Notes: a model not told the origin generated them from the letters alone. 64,000 nt of DNA from Rhodomicrobium sp. (GCA_052144215.1 JBKQQS010000019.1:1624-65623); one strand, 5' to 3'; shown: positions 45,102 to 55,456, counted from the stretch's first letter. Made by a program: numbers and translations.

Positions 45102-47048
45102 ATGCTTAGAAGACTTTCTGCACTGAGACTCTCCCGCACCGCGCATAGCGGAAGGACCGGGCTGACCGCCGGCGCGATTGGCGTTGTTTTTGGCGACATT
45201 GGCACGTCGCCCCTCTACGCCCTCGATCAGATTTTCTACGGCCCAGCGCACATAGCCCCGGAATCGAACAACGTTCTCGGCTGCATCTCGCTCGTAATTT
45301 GGGCGCTGACGCTCATCGTAAGCTGCAAATACGCGATCTTTGTGCTTCGCGCCGACAGCGACGGCGAGGGCGGCGTGTTCGCGCTTTACAGCCTTCTGCA
45401 CAATTACAAGAACGAGAACCCGCGCCTCGCCATCCTGCTCGGCGCTCTCATGCTCGGCGCAGGGTTCTTGTTTGGAGATGGCATCATCACGCCAGCGATC
45501 AGCGTGCTGTCTGCAGTGGAAGGCCTGAAAGCGGCGACACCGATGTTCGCCGGGGCCATCGTTCCCATTACCTTCGTCATTCTCGCAGCTCTATTTGCCG
45601 CTCAGCGCCAGGGGACGGCAGGCGTGGGGCGGTTGTTCGGCCCAATCCTCATCGTCTGGTTCGTGGTCATAGCCGCGCTCGGTATCCGCCAGATTCTGCT
45701 GCATCCGGAAATTTTGTATGCCTTCAACCCCGCTTACGCCTTCGCGTTCCTGCACAAAGCCGGAGCGCTCAGCGCGCTGTTGACCCTGAGCGCTTTGATG
45801 CTGGTGGTGACGGGCGGCGAGGCGATGTATGCAGACCTCGGTCATTTCGGCGCGCGGCCCATTCGAACGGGGTGGTTCTCGCTGGTGTTTCCGGCGCTTA
45901 TTCTGAACTATCTCGGCCAGGGCGCGCTGCTGCTCGGCCGCGCGCCGGACGGAGGCGGACAGCTGTTTTACAGCATGGTCCCGCAAATGCTTCTCTACCC
46001 GATGGTCGGGCTGGCCACGCTCGCGACCGTCATAGCGTCGCAAGCCTTGATTTCGGGCGCGTTCTCGCTGGCCTCGCAGGCCATAGCGCTCGGCCTTTTC
46101 CCCCGGCTTCATGTCGTGCATACCCACCATGCGCATGAGGGGCAAGTCTATATACCCTTCGTCAATTGGGCGCTGTTCGCAGGCTGCATTGCGCTGGTGC
46201 TCGCTTTCGGCACAAGCGGATCGCTGGCGTCGGCCTATGGTCTTGCTGTGTCTGGCGTGATGGTGGTCACATCGATCGCCATGATACCGGTCGGCACGCG
46301 TTACTGGAATTGGAGTTTGCCCGGCAGCGGCGCCCTGTTCGGCTTCTTCACGCTCGTCAATCTTCTGTTCTTCGCTGCATGCTCGTTAAAGTTTCTAGAG
46401 GGCGGATATATCCCGCTTGGCTTCGGGCTTGCGGTTTTTGTCGTCATGCGCACGTGGCGATGGGGCCGCAAAGCGACCTTCGCAGCCTACACAGCCAAGC
46501 ACACCATGACGATGCACAAACTCGTTGAGTTCCATCGGAACGAACAGACCTATATGGAGCGCATCGCTCTCCTGATGACGCCTAAGCATCTTACATCTTT
46601 GAACGACTATGCTCCTGCATTGCTGCAGCTCTTGCATGACCGTTACGGCATACTGCCGCGCCATCTCGTCTTTGTGGAGGTTGCACACCGCAAGGTGCCC
46701 TATATCTACGACGGCCGCTACGACATCAAAGTCTTCCACAAGGACCAGAACAGCAGCATCATCGCCGTCACTTTGCAATTCGGCTTCATGGAGGAGCCGA
46801 ACGTGGAAGCTGTGCTTGAAGATATGGCGAAGCACCACGAAATCGGCCTGCCGATCAAAGAGAACCGGTGGATCGTGCATGTCACGGTCGAAAACTTGCT
46901 GCCCGCCCGCAATATGAGCACGCTGGGCCGGATGCGGCTCAGGCTGTTCTCAATATTGCGCCAAGTATCGCAGCCGGCCCACTATTTCTATGGGCTGGGC
47001 GACAACGTGCAGCTGTCGGCCGAAATCATGCCGGTGCGGCTGAAGTAA
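45102..47048 (+). CDS. kup: KUP/HAK/KT potassium transporter
   Basis: GVVFGDIGTSPLYA, DGEGGVFAL, GDGIITPAISVLSAVEG and TGGEAMYADLGHFG motifs. Confidence 0.96.
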   Translation: MLRRLSALRLSRTAHSGRTGLTAGAIGVVFGDIGTSPLYALDQIFYGPAHIAPESNNVLGCISLVIWALTLIVSCKYAIFVLRADSDGEGGVFALYSLLHNYKNENPRLAILLGALMLGAGFLFGDGIITPAISVLSAVEGLKAATPMFAGAIVPITFVILAALFAAQRQGTAGVGRLFGPILIVWFVVIAALGIRQILLHPEILYAFNPAYAFAFLHKAGALSALLTLSALMLVVTGGEAMYADLGHFGARPIRTGWFSLVFPALILNYLGQGALLLGRAPDGGGQLFYSMVPQMLLYPMVGLATLATVIASQALISGAFSLASQAIALGLFPRLHVVHTHHAHEGQVYIPFVNWALFAGCIALVLAFGTSGSLASAYGLAVSGVMVVTSIAMIPVGTRYWNWSLPGSGALFGFFTLVNLLFFAACSLKFLEGGYIPLGFGLAVFVVMRTWRWGRKATFAAYTAKHTMTMHKLVEFHRNEQTYMERIALLMTPKHLTSLNDYAPALLQLLHDRYGILPRHLVFVEVAHRKVPYIYDGRYDIKVFHKDQNSSIIAVTLQFGFMEEPNVEAVLEDMAKHHEIGLPIKENRWIVHVTVENLLPARNMSTLGRMRLRLFSILRQVSQPAHYFYGLGDNVQLSAEIMPVRLK

Positions 47049-47146
47049 CGGTAACGCCGGGCTTCCGCCGCCGGAAACACGGCTGCGCCGCGAAGGCGCG
47101 GCTGACCGCAGGCCAGCCGGCCTCGAGCCCTCCGATGGATCCAAAA

Positions 47147-47422
47147 TTACCGGCGCCCTCTGGCGCTGCACGCGTACATCGAGGGAAGATAATCGAGATT
47201 GAAGCAGGAATTATCCCATCCGGTCGCGTTCGACCTAAGCCGCCAGCCCTGGCAGTCCACGAGCTCGCCTTCGGCCGTCCGATGCAGTGGGCAAGCCGCC
47301 CGTTTCTTAACATAGTGCCGGTGATGGGTCTTGGCCCCATCCTCTGCCGCCGCCCCGGCCAGCGGAGCCGCGAGCAGTGCAAGACAAGCTGCGAAGGCAG
47401 TGAACCTGTTACGTATGCACAT
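47147..47422 (-). CDS. Small secreted Cys-containing protein
   Basis: Signal peptide ending LAGAAA-E; four Cys in the mature part; G-rich RBS before the ATG at 47422. Confidence 0.6.
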   Translation of the reverse strand: MCIRNRFTAFAACLALLAAPLAGAAAEDGAKTHHRHYVKKRAACPLHRTAEGELVDCQGWRLRSNATGWDNSCFNLDYLPSMYACSARGRR

Positions 47423-47708
47423 GGGGGACCCCCTTGGCTCGAAATTGTTCGCCCCTATGAATACCCCTGAGAGAAGCCTCAAGCCAGTAGAGTTTCGGCG
47501 AAGTGCGCGCTGGGCATGGCGCATGGAGGCAAGCGGCCCGGCCGAATCTCCGGCGCCAACACTTGTAAACCGGGGGCTGCCGGCGCATGGATTGCTCTTC
47601 GCGGAGTTGACCCGGCCCGCGAACCGGGGCTCGCAATGGCGCTGAGCGCAGTGTAAGCTGCGCGATTTGCAACTTGCGTCCTCCGCCCACGCCAGGAATA
47701 CAAAAATC

Positions 47709-49505
47709 ATGCAGGATCGCGATCGAGAAGCCGCCGCCCGCCTGAGCGCATTGCGAACCGTCCTGCGGTCTGCCGGCCTTGACGGCTTCATCGTTCCGAA
47801 AGCCGACGAGTTTCAAAACGAATATGTGCCGGCTTATGCCGACCGGCTGGCCTGGCTTACAGGCTTCACCGGCTCGGCAGGGGCCGCCGCGATCCTTGAA
47901 GATAAGGCGGTACTTCTTGCCGACAGCCGTTACACGCTGCAGGCTAGGGCGCAAGTGAGCGAAGCGCTCTACGCTGTCGAGCTTGTTCCGAAGACGAGCT
48001 TGTCCTCCTGGGTCGCCGCCAATGCGCGGCAAGGCGCGGTTATCGGCTACGATCCTGCGCTGCACACGCTCGCGGGCTTCAAGGCTCTTCGCGAGGAAGC
48101 CGCCAAAAAGGGGTTCAAACTGAAGGCGTGCAGCCGCAATCCGGTGGATCGCATTTGGAAGACCCGGCCCGCCGAAGAGCATGCGCCGGTCTTCGTTCAT
48201 GACGAAAGCTTCGCGGGCGAAAGCGCCAAGGCCAAATTGGATCGCGTGAAGAAAGCTATTGAGGAGAAAGGTGCCGCAGGCCTGCTCGTCTGTGCGCCGG
48301 ACGCCGTGGCCTGGCTCTTCAACATTCGCGGGCACGACGTGATCCACACGCCCTTGCCGCTGGTGCGGGCGTTCGTGCCGGCAATTGGCGATCCGGTTAT
48401 TTTCACCTCGCCGGGCCATGTCACATCCGCAAACAAGGAAGCCATCGAGCAATTGGCGCAAATTGCCGATTTGGCTTCTCTCTCCAAGATTTTTCCGGGC
48501 TTGGCCGGACCGGGCGCAAAAATCATGATCGACCCCGCTCTAGCAACGCTCAAGCTCGCGGCTGCCGTCAAGCGAAGCAAGGCGAAGCTCATCGAGGCGC
48601 CCGATCCGTGCATGCTGTTCAAGGCCAAGAAGAACAAGACCGAACTGCAAGGCGCGCGCAACGCGCACGTGCGCGACGGTGCCGCTTTGTGCCGGTTTCT
48701 TGCCTGGCTCTACGCCGGGGCGCCGTCCGGAACGCTCGATGAGCTGACAGCTTCGGACAAGCTCGAAGAATTCCGGCGCGAAACGAACCAGCTCGAAGAT
48801 TTAAGCTTCGATACCATCTCGGGCGCGGGCTCGAACGGCGCCATCGTGCATTACCGCGCAACCCCGGAGACGAACAAGAAGCTTCTGCCCGGCACGCTCT
48901 ACCTCATCGATTCCGGAGGCCAGTACCGGGACGGAACCACCGATGTCACGCGCACTGTCGCGATTGGCGAGCCCACGGACGAGATGCGCCGGCATTATAC
49001 GCTTGTCCTGAAGGGGCATATCGGCATCGCCACTGCGCGCTTCCCGGCCGGCACGCGCGGGGTGGATATCGACGGCTTTGCCAGGCGCGCGCTCTGGGCG
49101 GCCGGCCTCGATTACGGCCACGGCACCGGCCACGGCATCGGCAGCTTTCTATCCGTCCATGAAGGCCCGCAATCGATCTCGCGCAACGGCATGGCAGCGC
49201 TGGAGCCGGGCATGATCGTCTCGAACGAGCCGGGCTTCTACCGGGAAGGCCATTACGGCATCCGGCTGGAGAACCTCTGCGCGGTGACGGAGCCGGAAGC
49301 CATCGAGGGCGGCGAAACGGCCATGATGGGCTTCGAAACGCTCACGCTCGCGCCGTTCGACCGCCGGCTCATCGTGCCGGAGTTGCTCACGGGTGAGGAG
49401 CTTCAATGGCTCAATACCTATCACGCGCGGGTTCGAAGCGAAGTTGCGCCCGCCCTAAAAGGCAGCGAGCGCAAGTGGCTCAAATCGGCCGCGGCCGTTC
49501 TCTAA
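47709..49505 (+). CDS. Xaa-Pro aminopeptidase (M24B)
   Basis: LTGFTGSAG, IDSGGQYRDGTTDVTRT, GHGTGHGIGSFLSVHEGP and SNEPGFY...GIRLEN motifs. Confidence 0.95.
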   Translation: MQDRDREAAARLSALRTVLRSAGLDGFIVPKADEFQNEYVPAYADRLAWLTGFTGSAGAAAILEDKAVLLADSRYTLQARAQVSEALYAVELVPKTSLSSWVAANARQGAVIGYDPALHTLAGFKALREEAAKKGFKLKACSRNPVDRIWKTRPAEEHAPVFVHDESFAGESAKAKLDRVKKAIEEKGAAGLLVCAPDAVAWLFNIRGHDVIHTPLPLVRAFVPAIGDPVIFTSPGHVTSANKEAIEQLAQIADLASLSKIFPGLAGPGAKIMIDPALATLKLAAAVKRSKAKLIEAPDPCMLFKAKKNKTELQGARNAHVRDGAALCRFLAWLYAGAPSGTLDELTASDKLEEFRRETNQLEDLSFDTISGAGSNGAIVHYRATPETNKKLLPGTLYLIDSGGQYRDGTTDVTRTVAIGEPTDEMRRHYTLVLKGHIGIATARFPAGTRGVDIDGFARRALWAAGLDYGHGTGHGIGSFLSVHEGPQSISRNGMAALEPGMIVSNEPGFYREGHYGIRLENLCAVTEPEAIEGGETAMMGFETLTLAPFDRRLIVPELLTGEELQWLNTYHARVRSEVAPALKGSERKWLKSAAAVL

Positions 49506-49508
49506 GCG

Positions 49509-50930
49509 TCAAGCGGCCGGTCTCACATTCTGATTCATGCGGAAAAAATTCCCTGGATCGTAGCGCCGCTTCACCTCGGCAAGCCGCTTATAGTTACCGC
49601 CATAAGCAGCTTCCACGCGATCCGGCTCGTCGCCGGGCATGAAGTTGATATAAGCGGTTCCAACGGCATGAGGCTTCGCCGCTTCAAATATGCCGCGTGC
49701 CCATGCGATACATTTCTGGTCCTGATCCGGCTCGCGCCAGCGTGCGTGAACATTCATGACGTAATGCGAGCTTCGTTGCGGAAATGCGGTAGCGTCAGTT
49801 GCAACGCGGCCGGCAGCCCCGCCCACATGGCCGATGAAGATCTCGCATTCGGGGCCTGGAAGATTGCGCACGGCTTCGGTTAGGATATCGATCGCCGGGT
49901 CTGAAAGCTCCACAAAATCGTGGCTCTTCCAATAATTGCGGGCGCCGGGGGCGAGCAACGGGTCAAAGGCCTGCTGCCAGCTCACGAACGGGGTTGGGGC
50001 CACAACATCGGCGATAGGCCTTCCAATCGATCGCAGGCCGGCAGCCGCCCGCTCCCCTGACTCGATATCGCCGCAGTAGCACATAGCAAGAACCAGCACC
50101 TCCTTGCCGTGCCACTCCGCCGGCAGGAACGGCAGCGGCGGTGCCTTCCGCATAACCACCCAGCAGGTGAGTTCGTCAGGCGCTGTTTCGAGCGCTTGCC
50201 GGTATCCTTTGAGAACTGTCAGCGCGTCGCCGAACGGGTGGACTACGAGTCCGGATAGCACCTGCGGGCCGGCCTCGTGAAGCTGGAATTCGAAAGAGGT
50301 GACCACGCCGAAATTTCCGCCGCCGCCGCGCAGGGCCCAAAACAGATCCGTGTTTTCTGACGGGCTGGCGCGCAGTTGCTCACCGCCGGCCGTGAGCACA
50401 TCAGCAGACAGTAGATTGTCCGAGGTCAGGCCAAACTTGCGGGTGAGCCAGCCAAATCCGCCGCCTAGCGCTAGGCCGGCAATTCCGGTGGTTGAGTTTA
50501 TTCCCCTGGGCAAGGCGAGGCCGAAGGCCTGGGTCGCTTTGTCGACATCTGCAAGCGTCGCTCCGGGCTCGACCCTTGCACGCTTCGTTGCCGCGTCCAC
50601 CTGCACCGCCTTCATTTGCGATAGATCGATAACAAGGCCGCCGTCGCAGACTGCGCTGCCTGCAATATTGTGCCCTCCGCCACGAACCGCCACTGCTAGC
50701 TCGTTTTCCCGCGCAAAACGGATCGCTGCGGCAACATCGGCGGCACCCGCGCAGCGCACGATGAGGCAGGGCCGACGGTCGATCATTGCGTTCCAAATTT
50801 TTCGCGCTTCGTCATAGGAAGGGTCGCGCTCGTTGAGCAAGGTCCCGCGCAACTGCGCGGCAAATGCTTTGGCCGCCCCTGCGCTTACCGATGATCCCAC
50901 CGCATCTGTTGCGAAGCCCAAGATGTTCAT
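49509..50930 (-). CDS. FAD-linked oxidoreductase (BBE / 6-HDNO-like)
   Basis: RGGGHNIAG (His for covalent FAD), ALRGGGGNFGVVT and C-terminal YINF...KRRYDPGNFF. Confidence 0.92.
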   Translation of the reverse strand: MNILGFATDAVGSSVSAGAAKAFAAQLRGTLLNERDPSYDEARKIWNAMIDRRPCLIVRCAGAADVAAAIRFARENELAVAVRGGGHNIAGSAVCDGGLVIDLSQMKAVQVDAATKRARVEPGATLADVDKATQAFGLALPRGINSTTGIAGLALGGGFGWLTRKFGLTSDNLLSADVLTAGGEQLRASPSENTDLFWALRGGGGNFGVVTSFEFQLHEAGPQVLSGLVVHPFGDALTVLKGYRQALETAPDELTCWVVMRKAPPLPFLPAEWHGKEVLVLAMCYCGDIESGERAAAGLRSIGRPIADVVAPTPFVSWQQAFDPLLAPGARNYWKSHDFVELSDPAIDILTEAVRNLPGPECEIFIGHVGGAAGRVATDATAFPQRSSHYVMNVHARWREPDQDQKCIAWARGIFEAAKPHAVGTAYINFMPGDEPDRVEAAYGGNYKRLAEVKRRYDPGNFFRMNQNVRPAA

Positions 50931-51137
50931 GATTTGTTCCTCCGGTTAAACCTTTGTCTCGCCGGAAGCCGCATTGTGCGCCTGTTTCCCCTGTATCACA
51001 AGTTCAGCGATATAATTGTGAGTTGCTGGTTACAGTCGCGGTCAGGAGCGCTTGAAGTTGCAGCGTTCGGCCGCGGCGTGCGCAAGGGCCAAGCCATTGT
51101 ACTTGTCTCGCGGGCTTCCCTCTTTTAATCCTTACTC

Positions 51138-52154
51138 ATGGGAATCGAGAACTCCGTTCAAGGACCGGACGCGGCGCGAGACATGATGGGGCTGGCCGGG
51201 CAGCTCCGCACCGGCAGCCGCGTTGCGCTCGCGCGTGCCATCACGCTGATCGAAAGCCGCAAGCCGGAGCACCGGGCGCAAGCGCGGCAGCTGTTGACGC
51301 TGCTCAATGCGGCCGCCGGGCGCTCGCACCGCATCGGCATTACGGGCGTTCCAGGCGTCGGCAAGTCGACGCTGATCGATAGCCTGGGAAGCTTTCTTAC
51401 AGGCCAAGGCCATCGCGTCGCGGTGCTTGCGGTCGACCCGTCGTCGAGCCGCTCCGGCGGGGCCATTCTCGGCGACAAGACGCGCATGGCAAGCCTCGCC
51501 GCGGACCCGAACGCGTTCATCCGCCCATCGCCCTCCTCCGGCACACTTGGCGGGGTTGCGCGAACGACGCGCGAAACCATTCTTCTCTGCGAAGCGGCGG
51601 GCTTCGACATCGTGCTCGTCGAGACCGTCGGTGTCGGGCAATCGGAGGTCACCGTTGCCGGGATGGTGGATTTCTTCCTTCTTCTCATGCTGGCGGGCGG
51701 CGGCGATGAGCTTCAGGGGATCAAAAAAGGCGTAATGGAGCTCGCCGATATGATCGCCATTACCAAGGCCGATAGCGGCAACGAGGGCCCGGCCCGGGCC
51801 GCCGCCGGCGACTACAAAGCCGCGCTCCACATCCTCACGCCGCCAAGCGCCTCGTGGAAGCCGCCGGTGATCACGATATCGTCGCGCGAAGGCCGCGGAC
51901 TCGATGAGCTTTGGGCTAATATAGTCCGCCATCGCGCCGCACTCGAAGCAACCGGCGAGTTCGAAGCCAAGCGCCGCGATCAGGATGTGCGCTGGATGCA
52001 CGCCATGATCGAGGACCGGATGCGCCAGGTGTTTCTATCCAACGAGGCGGCCGCCGCCAAAATCGCAGAGCTGGAGCGCAATGTGCGCGCCGGGCTCATG
52101 CCGCCATCTGTCGCCGCCGACGAAGCGGCCTCGCTAATTTCAGGATGCACATGA
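51138..52154 (+). CDS. meaB: Methylmalonyl-CoA mutase GTPase chaperone
   Basis: GITGVPGVGKST, AVDPSS...GGAILGDKTRM, ETVGVGQSE and GDELQGIKKG motifs. Confidence 0.95.
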   Translation: MGIENSVQGPDAARDMMGLAGQLRTGSRVALARAITLIESRKPEHRAQARQLLTLLNAAAGRSHRIGITGVPGVGKSTLIDSLGSFLTGQGHRVAVLAVDPSSSRSGGAILGDKTRMASLAADPNAFIRPSPSSGTLGGVARTTRETILLCEAAGFDIVLVETVGVGQSEVTVAGMVDFFLLLMLAGGGDELQGIKKGVMELADMIAITKADSGNEGPARAAAGDYKAALHILTPPSASWKPPVITISSREGRGLDELWANIVRHRAALEATGEFEAKRRDQDVRWMHAMIEDRMRQVFLSNEAAAAKIAELERNVRAGLMPPSVAADEAASLISGCT

Positions 52155-52885
52155 ACCGCAAAGCAGTCCCGGCGATGCGTATTCTTGTGACGGGCTTCGG
52201 ACCGTTCCCGGGCATGCCGCAAAACGCCTCCGCAGCCATGGTGGAAGCGCTCGCGCGATCCCCTGCCGATCCCGGCATCGAGCATTTTACCGGGATCGTT
52301 CCGGTCGTCTGGGCCGATGCGAGGCGGATCGCGCGCGAGGCGGCCGCCAAGGTAAGGCCGCACGCAATTTTGCATTTCGGCGTCTCGAAGCGGGCGGCCG
52401 GCTTCGAAATCGAGACGTGCGCCGTCAATATGAGCGGCCCAAGGCAAGATCATGCTGGCTTTGTCCGGCCCGGAAAGCCTCTGGACCTTTCGGGACAGCG
52501 CATATTGCAAGCAACGATGCCGCCTTGCCCGCTTCTGAGGGCGCTCAGGCAAAGCGGGTTTCCGGCGCAGCTTTCGAGGAACGCCGGACGCTATCTCTGC
52601 AATGCGCTGTTCTATTGGAGCCTGGCGGATGCCGGCACGGACGGCCCGCTCGTGAGCTTCATTCATATGCCCGCGCTCGGCACAGACGTGAGCGTCCGGC
52701 CGCGCATGACGCTGGAAGGCGCGGCGGCGGGGGCGCAGGTTCTCATTCGCGCTAGCGCTCAGGCTGTGCTACTCGCGAAGCGGAACGTCGGCGGCAATCG
52801 CGGAGGATACAGCAACCATGGATCGCAGGCACTTCATGGGACTGGGCGGAATGACCGCCGCTCTCTTTGGCGTAAGCGCCGCTGA
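52151..52885 (+). CDS. pcp: Pyroglutamyl-peptidase I (C15)
   Basis: ILVTGFGPFPG...NAS; catalytic residues in FEIE, YLCNALFY and FIHMP. Confidence 0.85.
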   Translation: MNRKAVPAMRILVTGFGPFPGMPQNASAAMVEALARSPADPGIEHFTGIVPVVWADARRIAREAAAKVRPHAILHFGVSKRAAGFEIETCAVNMSGPRQDHAGFVRPGKPLDLSGQRILQATMPPCPLLRALRQSGFPAQLSRNAGRYLCNALFYWSLADAGTDGPLVSFIHMPALGTDVSVRPRMTLEGAAAGAQVLIRASAQAVLLAKRNVGGNRGGYSNHGSQALHGTGRNDRRSLWRKRR

Positions 52886-53639
52886 GGCTGCGCCTGGTAT
52901 TTTGAGCGGCTACGGCAAGGCCCTCGCCGAATGGGGGATCGAGCCGGGCATCTGGGGCGACCAGTCGCCTGCTATGCAAAAGGCCATCGGCGAGCTGGCG
53001 GCGGCCGGCCAGCCTATTGTCATTCCTGCGGGCCGCTATCGTTTTTCAAAGCTTCAGCTTCCTTCGGGGGCTGCCGTGTTCGGCGTTCCGGGCCTCACCG
53101 TTCTAACCGCACCGCCTGGATTGCATGTGTTCGAGAGTTCAAACGCTCAGGATGTTAGCCTGAGGGGCGTAAGCTTCTCAGGGACGGCCCTCTTGGCGCG
53201 CGAGTGCCGCAACCTCACCGTTTCCGATTGCCAGGTCCTATCGAGCGGCGGCGATGGCTTCGTTTGCTCAGGCACCGGCCTGTTCGTGGCCGGCAACAGG
53301 GCCCAAGCTTGCGCCAAAGCTGCGATCTGGGTCGAGGGTGACGGAGTGGTTACGAACAATCTCGTGAGCGGCCCAGGCCAATTCGGCCTGCGGCTCGGTG
53401 GCCCGGCCCGGCTCGGAATGCTGACGGTCATGAACAACAAGATCGAAGGCACAGCCGCCGGTATCGGGGTTTCGAATTCCGACGTTGGCTACGCGTTCAT
53501 CGCGATGAACATGATCTCGGGCGCAAAGAAGGGCGGCATCCGCGCGCTCATGGGCGATGAAATTACCGGCCACGACCTCACCCAAGGCGGGTCGGAAGCA
53601 TTCCGCAATATCGGCGTCGCGGCCAACGTTTCGCTTTGA
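52818..53639 (+). CDS. Tat-exported parallel beta-helix protein (TIGR03808-like)
   Basis: MDRRHF twin-Arg signal; DQSPAMQKAI...IPAGRY (pectate_lyase_3-like start); repeated V.NN/GN beta-helix turns. Confidence 0.7.
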   Translation: MDRRHFMGLGGMTAALFGVSAAEAAPGILSGYGKALAEWGIEPGIWGDQSPAMQKAIGELAAAGQPIVIPAGRYRFSKLQLPSGAAVFGVPGLTVLTAPPGLHVFESSNAQDVSLRGVSFSGTALLARECRNLTVSDCQVLSSGGDGFVCSGTGLFVAGNRAQACAKAAIWVEGDGVVTNNLVSGPGQFGLRLGGPARLGMLTVMNNKIEGTAAGIGVSNSDVGYAFIAMNMISGAKKGGIRALMGDEITGHDLTQGGSEAFRNIGVAANVSL

Positions 53640-53679
53640 GTGGCGAACCCGGGCCGCCGCGCAAACAGCGCGTCGCGCC

Positions 53680-53874
53680 TTAGCTCTGCTCGCCGGCTTT
53701 CGAGTCACTGGGTTTCGAGGCGTGGTCGACCGCGGAGCTTGCGGCTTTTTCGACCCCCTCCTTGGCAAGTTTGTGCCCAAGCGAATGATGCGCGGCGTGA
53801 TGGACGGCCGCTTTTTTAAATGCCAGCTTCCCCACGACTTTAGCCAGTAGAAGGGGTAGAAAATGAATAGCCAT
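53680..53874 (-). CDS. Small His/Lys-rich hypothetical protein
   Basis: 64-aa ORF with GAGG RBS, co-oriented with the upstream ABM gene. Confidence 0.55.
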   Translation of the reverse strand: MAIHFLPLLLAKVVGKLAFKKAAVHHAAHHSLGHKLAKEGVEKAASSAVDHASKPSDSKAGEQS

Positions 53875-53921
53875 GACGCCCTCGCAGTAACGCTAAGTGA
53901 ATGAGAATATCCTAAATTGAC

Positions 53922-54221
53922 TCAAAAGCCAGAGAGCACCGTGTGCGTGTGCCCAACCACGGGCGCCGAAGCAAAGTGCGGCCCCACCAGCTTCCGCCAT
54001 TCTTGAAAGTCTTCAGAACCGCGGAAATGTACCATATGGTCCTCAATCGTCTCCCACTTGACGACAAGCCGGTATTTCGATGGCGTCTCGACCGAGCGCT
54101 GCAGCTCCATCCCCCGGCATCCCTTGGCACGCTGGAATAACGGAACGGCCTTGGCAACGCCAGCCTCGAACGCGGCCTCCCCGCCAGCCTTCACCTCTAT
54201 CTCCGCAATCTCGAAAATCAC
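53922..54221 (-). CDS. ABM-domain (antibiotic biosynthesis monooxygenase) protein
   Basis: MIFEIAEIEVKAG.EAAFE...RSVETPSKYRLVVKWETIEDH...FRGS pattern. Confidence 0.88.
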   Translation of the reverse strand: MIFEIAEIEVKAGGEAAFEAGVAKAVPLFQRAKGCRGMELQRSVETPSKYRLVVKWETIEDHMVHFRGSEDFQEWRKLVGPHFASAPVVGHTHTVLSGF

Positions 54222-54811
54222 GGCGTTTCCTTTCTCATTCGGTAGCGCTGCCTTTGCAGCCCTTCGCAGGAAAGCTATCCTTGCGGAGGCCGGCCGTCCA
54301 CCGGGTTAATCCGAAGGTATATTCAATATGGAGATCCTTATGGCAGAGAACCGCCCGCACAGGCTGTCGTACAATAGCACTAGACTCCCTTACCTCCGGC
54401 AACCTGAGCACCGCGCTGAAAGCGCCCCCGCCTAAAACAAAAGGATCGCCAGCTACCGGCCTGGCGGCTGCCGGCCATGGCGCGGGGAAATCGACCAGCC
54501 CGGTCCAAGGCAAGTAGGGCCATGATCCCTCATACATGGCTGGAAGCCGCTCAAATCGTGAGTAGCGCTCTTGCCGCGATAAAGCTGATCTTTACCGGTT
54601 TTTATATGAGTTGAATGCGACGCATCACTGGCGTACAGGCGTTGCAAAAATTCCCGGATGACGCCAACGCACGCGAAGCCGGCGCAAATCGTTAGAAAAA
54701 TCCAGCTTAATCGCTGATCTAATAAGTTGCTTTTGGAAGCCAAAGAGGGTTGGATGCCAGCATAGATCCAAAAAAGTGCGTTTTGGCGGGCCAAACGCCA
54801 GGAAACCGATC

Positions 54812-55102
54812 ATGCCGATAGATCTCTCAACGGTCGTGAAGCAGGCAGCCGATCAAGTCTCGTGCAACTTGAACGGCGAGTATGCCATCCTCAATCTAAA
54901 GAGCACTCTTTATTTCGGCCTCAATCAGACCGGCGCGCATATTTGGGAAGCGATGAAAGAGCCGATCGCCGTTACCGATATCTGCGAGACTGTATGTAGC
55001 AGGTTTGACGTTGGCGAGGAGCAATGCCGGTCAGATACTCTGGCACTCGTAGGGGCACTTGAAAAAGCCGGCCTCATTGAGATTGTCGAGCGTGCGAAGT
55101 AA
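54812..55102 (+). CDS. PqqD/RRE lasso leader-binding protein (B1)
   Basis: GEYAILNLKSTLYFGLNQTGAHIWEAM...VCSRFDVGEEQCRSD...LEKAGLI, the PqqD/RRE signature. Confidence 0.92.
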   Translation: MPIDLSTVVKQAADQVSCNLNGEYAILNLKSTLYFGLNQTGAHIWEAMKEPIAVTDICETVCSRFDVGEEQCRSDTLALVGALEKAGLIEIVERAK

Positions 55103-55409
55103 GTATTTAAAAGCCACCGATAATGTTTGGGAATGCGGCGCAACTGGAAATGAGCTTGCAAGTTTTGAAAGTTTATTTTCGGGCGTTCTTGCACGTTCCA
55201 TCGGTGTTTCCCTCCCCGCAAATTATAATGTTCCGGGGCCGGCCGTCATTTGGGGACGTGGTACGAAACCACGGGAGCGGCGCGAAACCGGCTAGAAGGA
55301 CTTGCTCAAGGCCAAGCTGGATTGGATCGCCGATTTCAGGCATCCGAGCAAAGGCTTCGAAGCATGAGCCGGATGGACAAGTTTAACGTGTGTCGCCGCG
55401 GTTCGCATA

Positions 55410-55435
55410 AGGCTTCCGAAGATCTTCGGAAACCT
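55410..55435 (-). terminator. Stem-loop 3' of the lasso precursor gene
   Basis: Minus-strand RNA AGGUUUCCGAA-GAUC-UUCGGAAGCCU pairs fully with one G-U, 21 nt past the stop; no U-tail. Confidence 0.55.
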
Positions 55436-55456
55436 ACGGTAGCGGTTTGGTCAAGC

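Noticed and set aside
54744-54755. gagggttggat as a possible attL copy of the tRNA-Tyr 3' end
   Set aside because: Only about 9 contiguous matching bases, lacking the CCA end; compatible with chance.
55031-55201. 56-aa minus-strand ORF with a GGAGGG RBS, considered as a second precursor
   Set aside because: No YxxP/Thr(-2) leader and it overlaps B1 antisense. I also found no other precursor-like ORF in 54240-55980 or 62270-62760.
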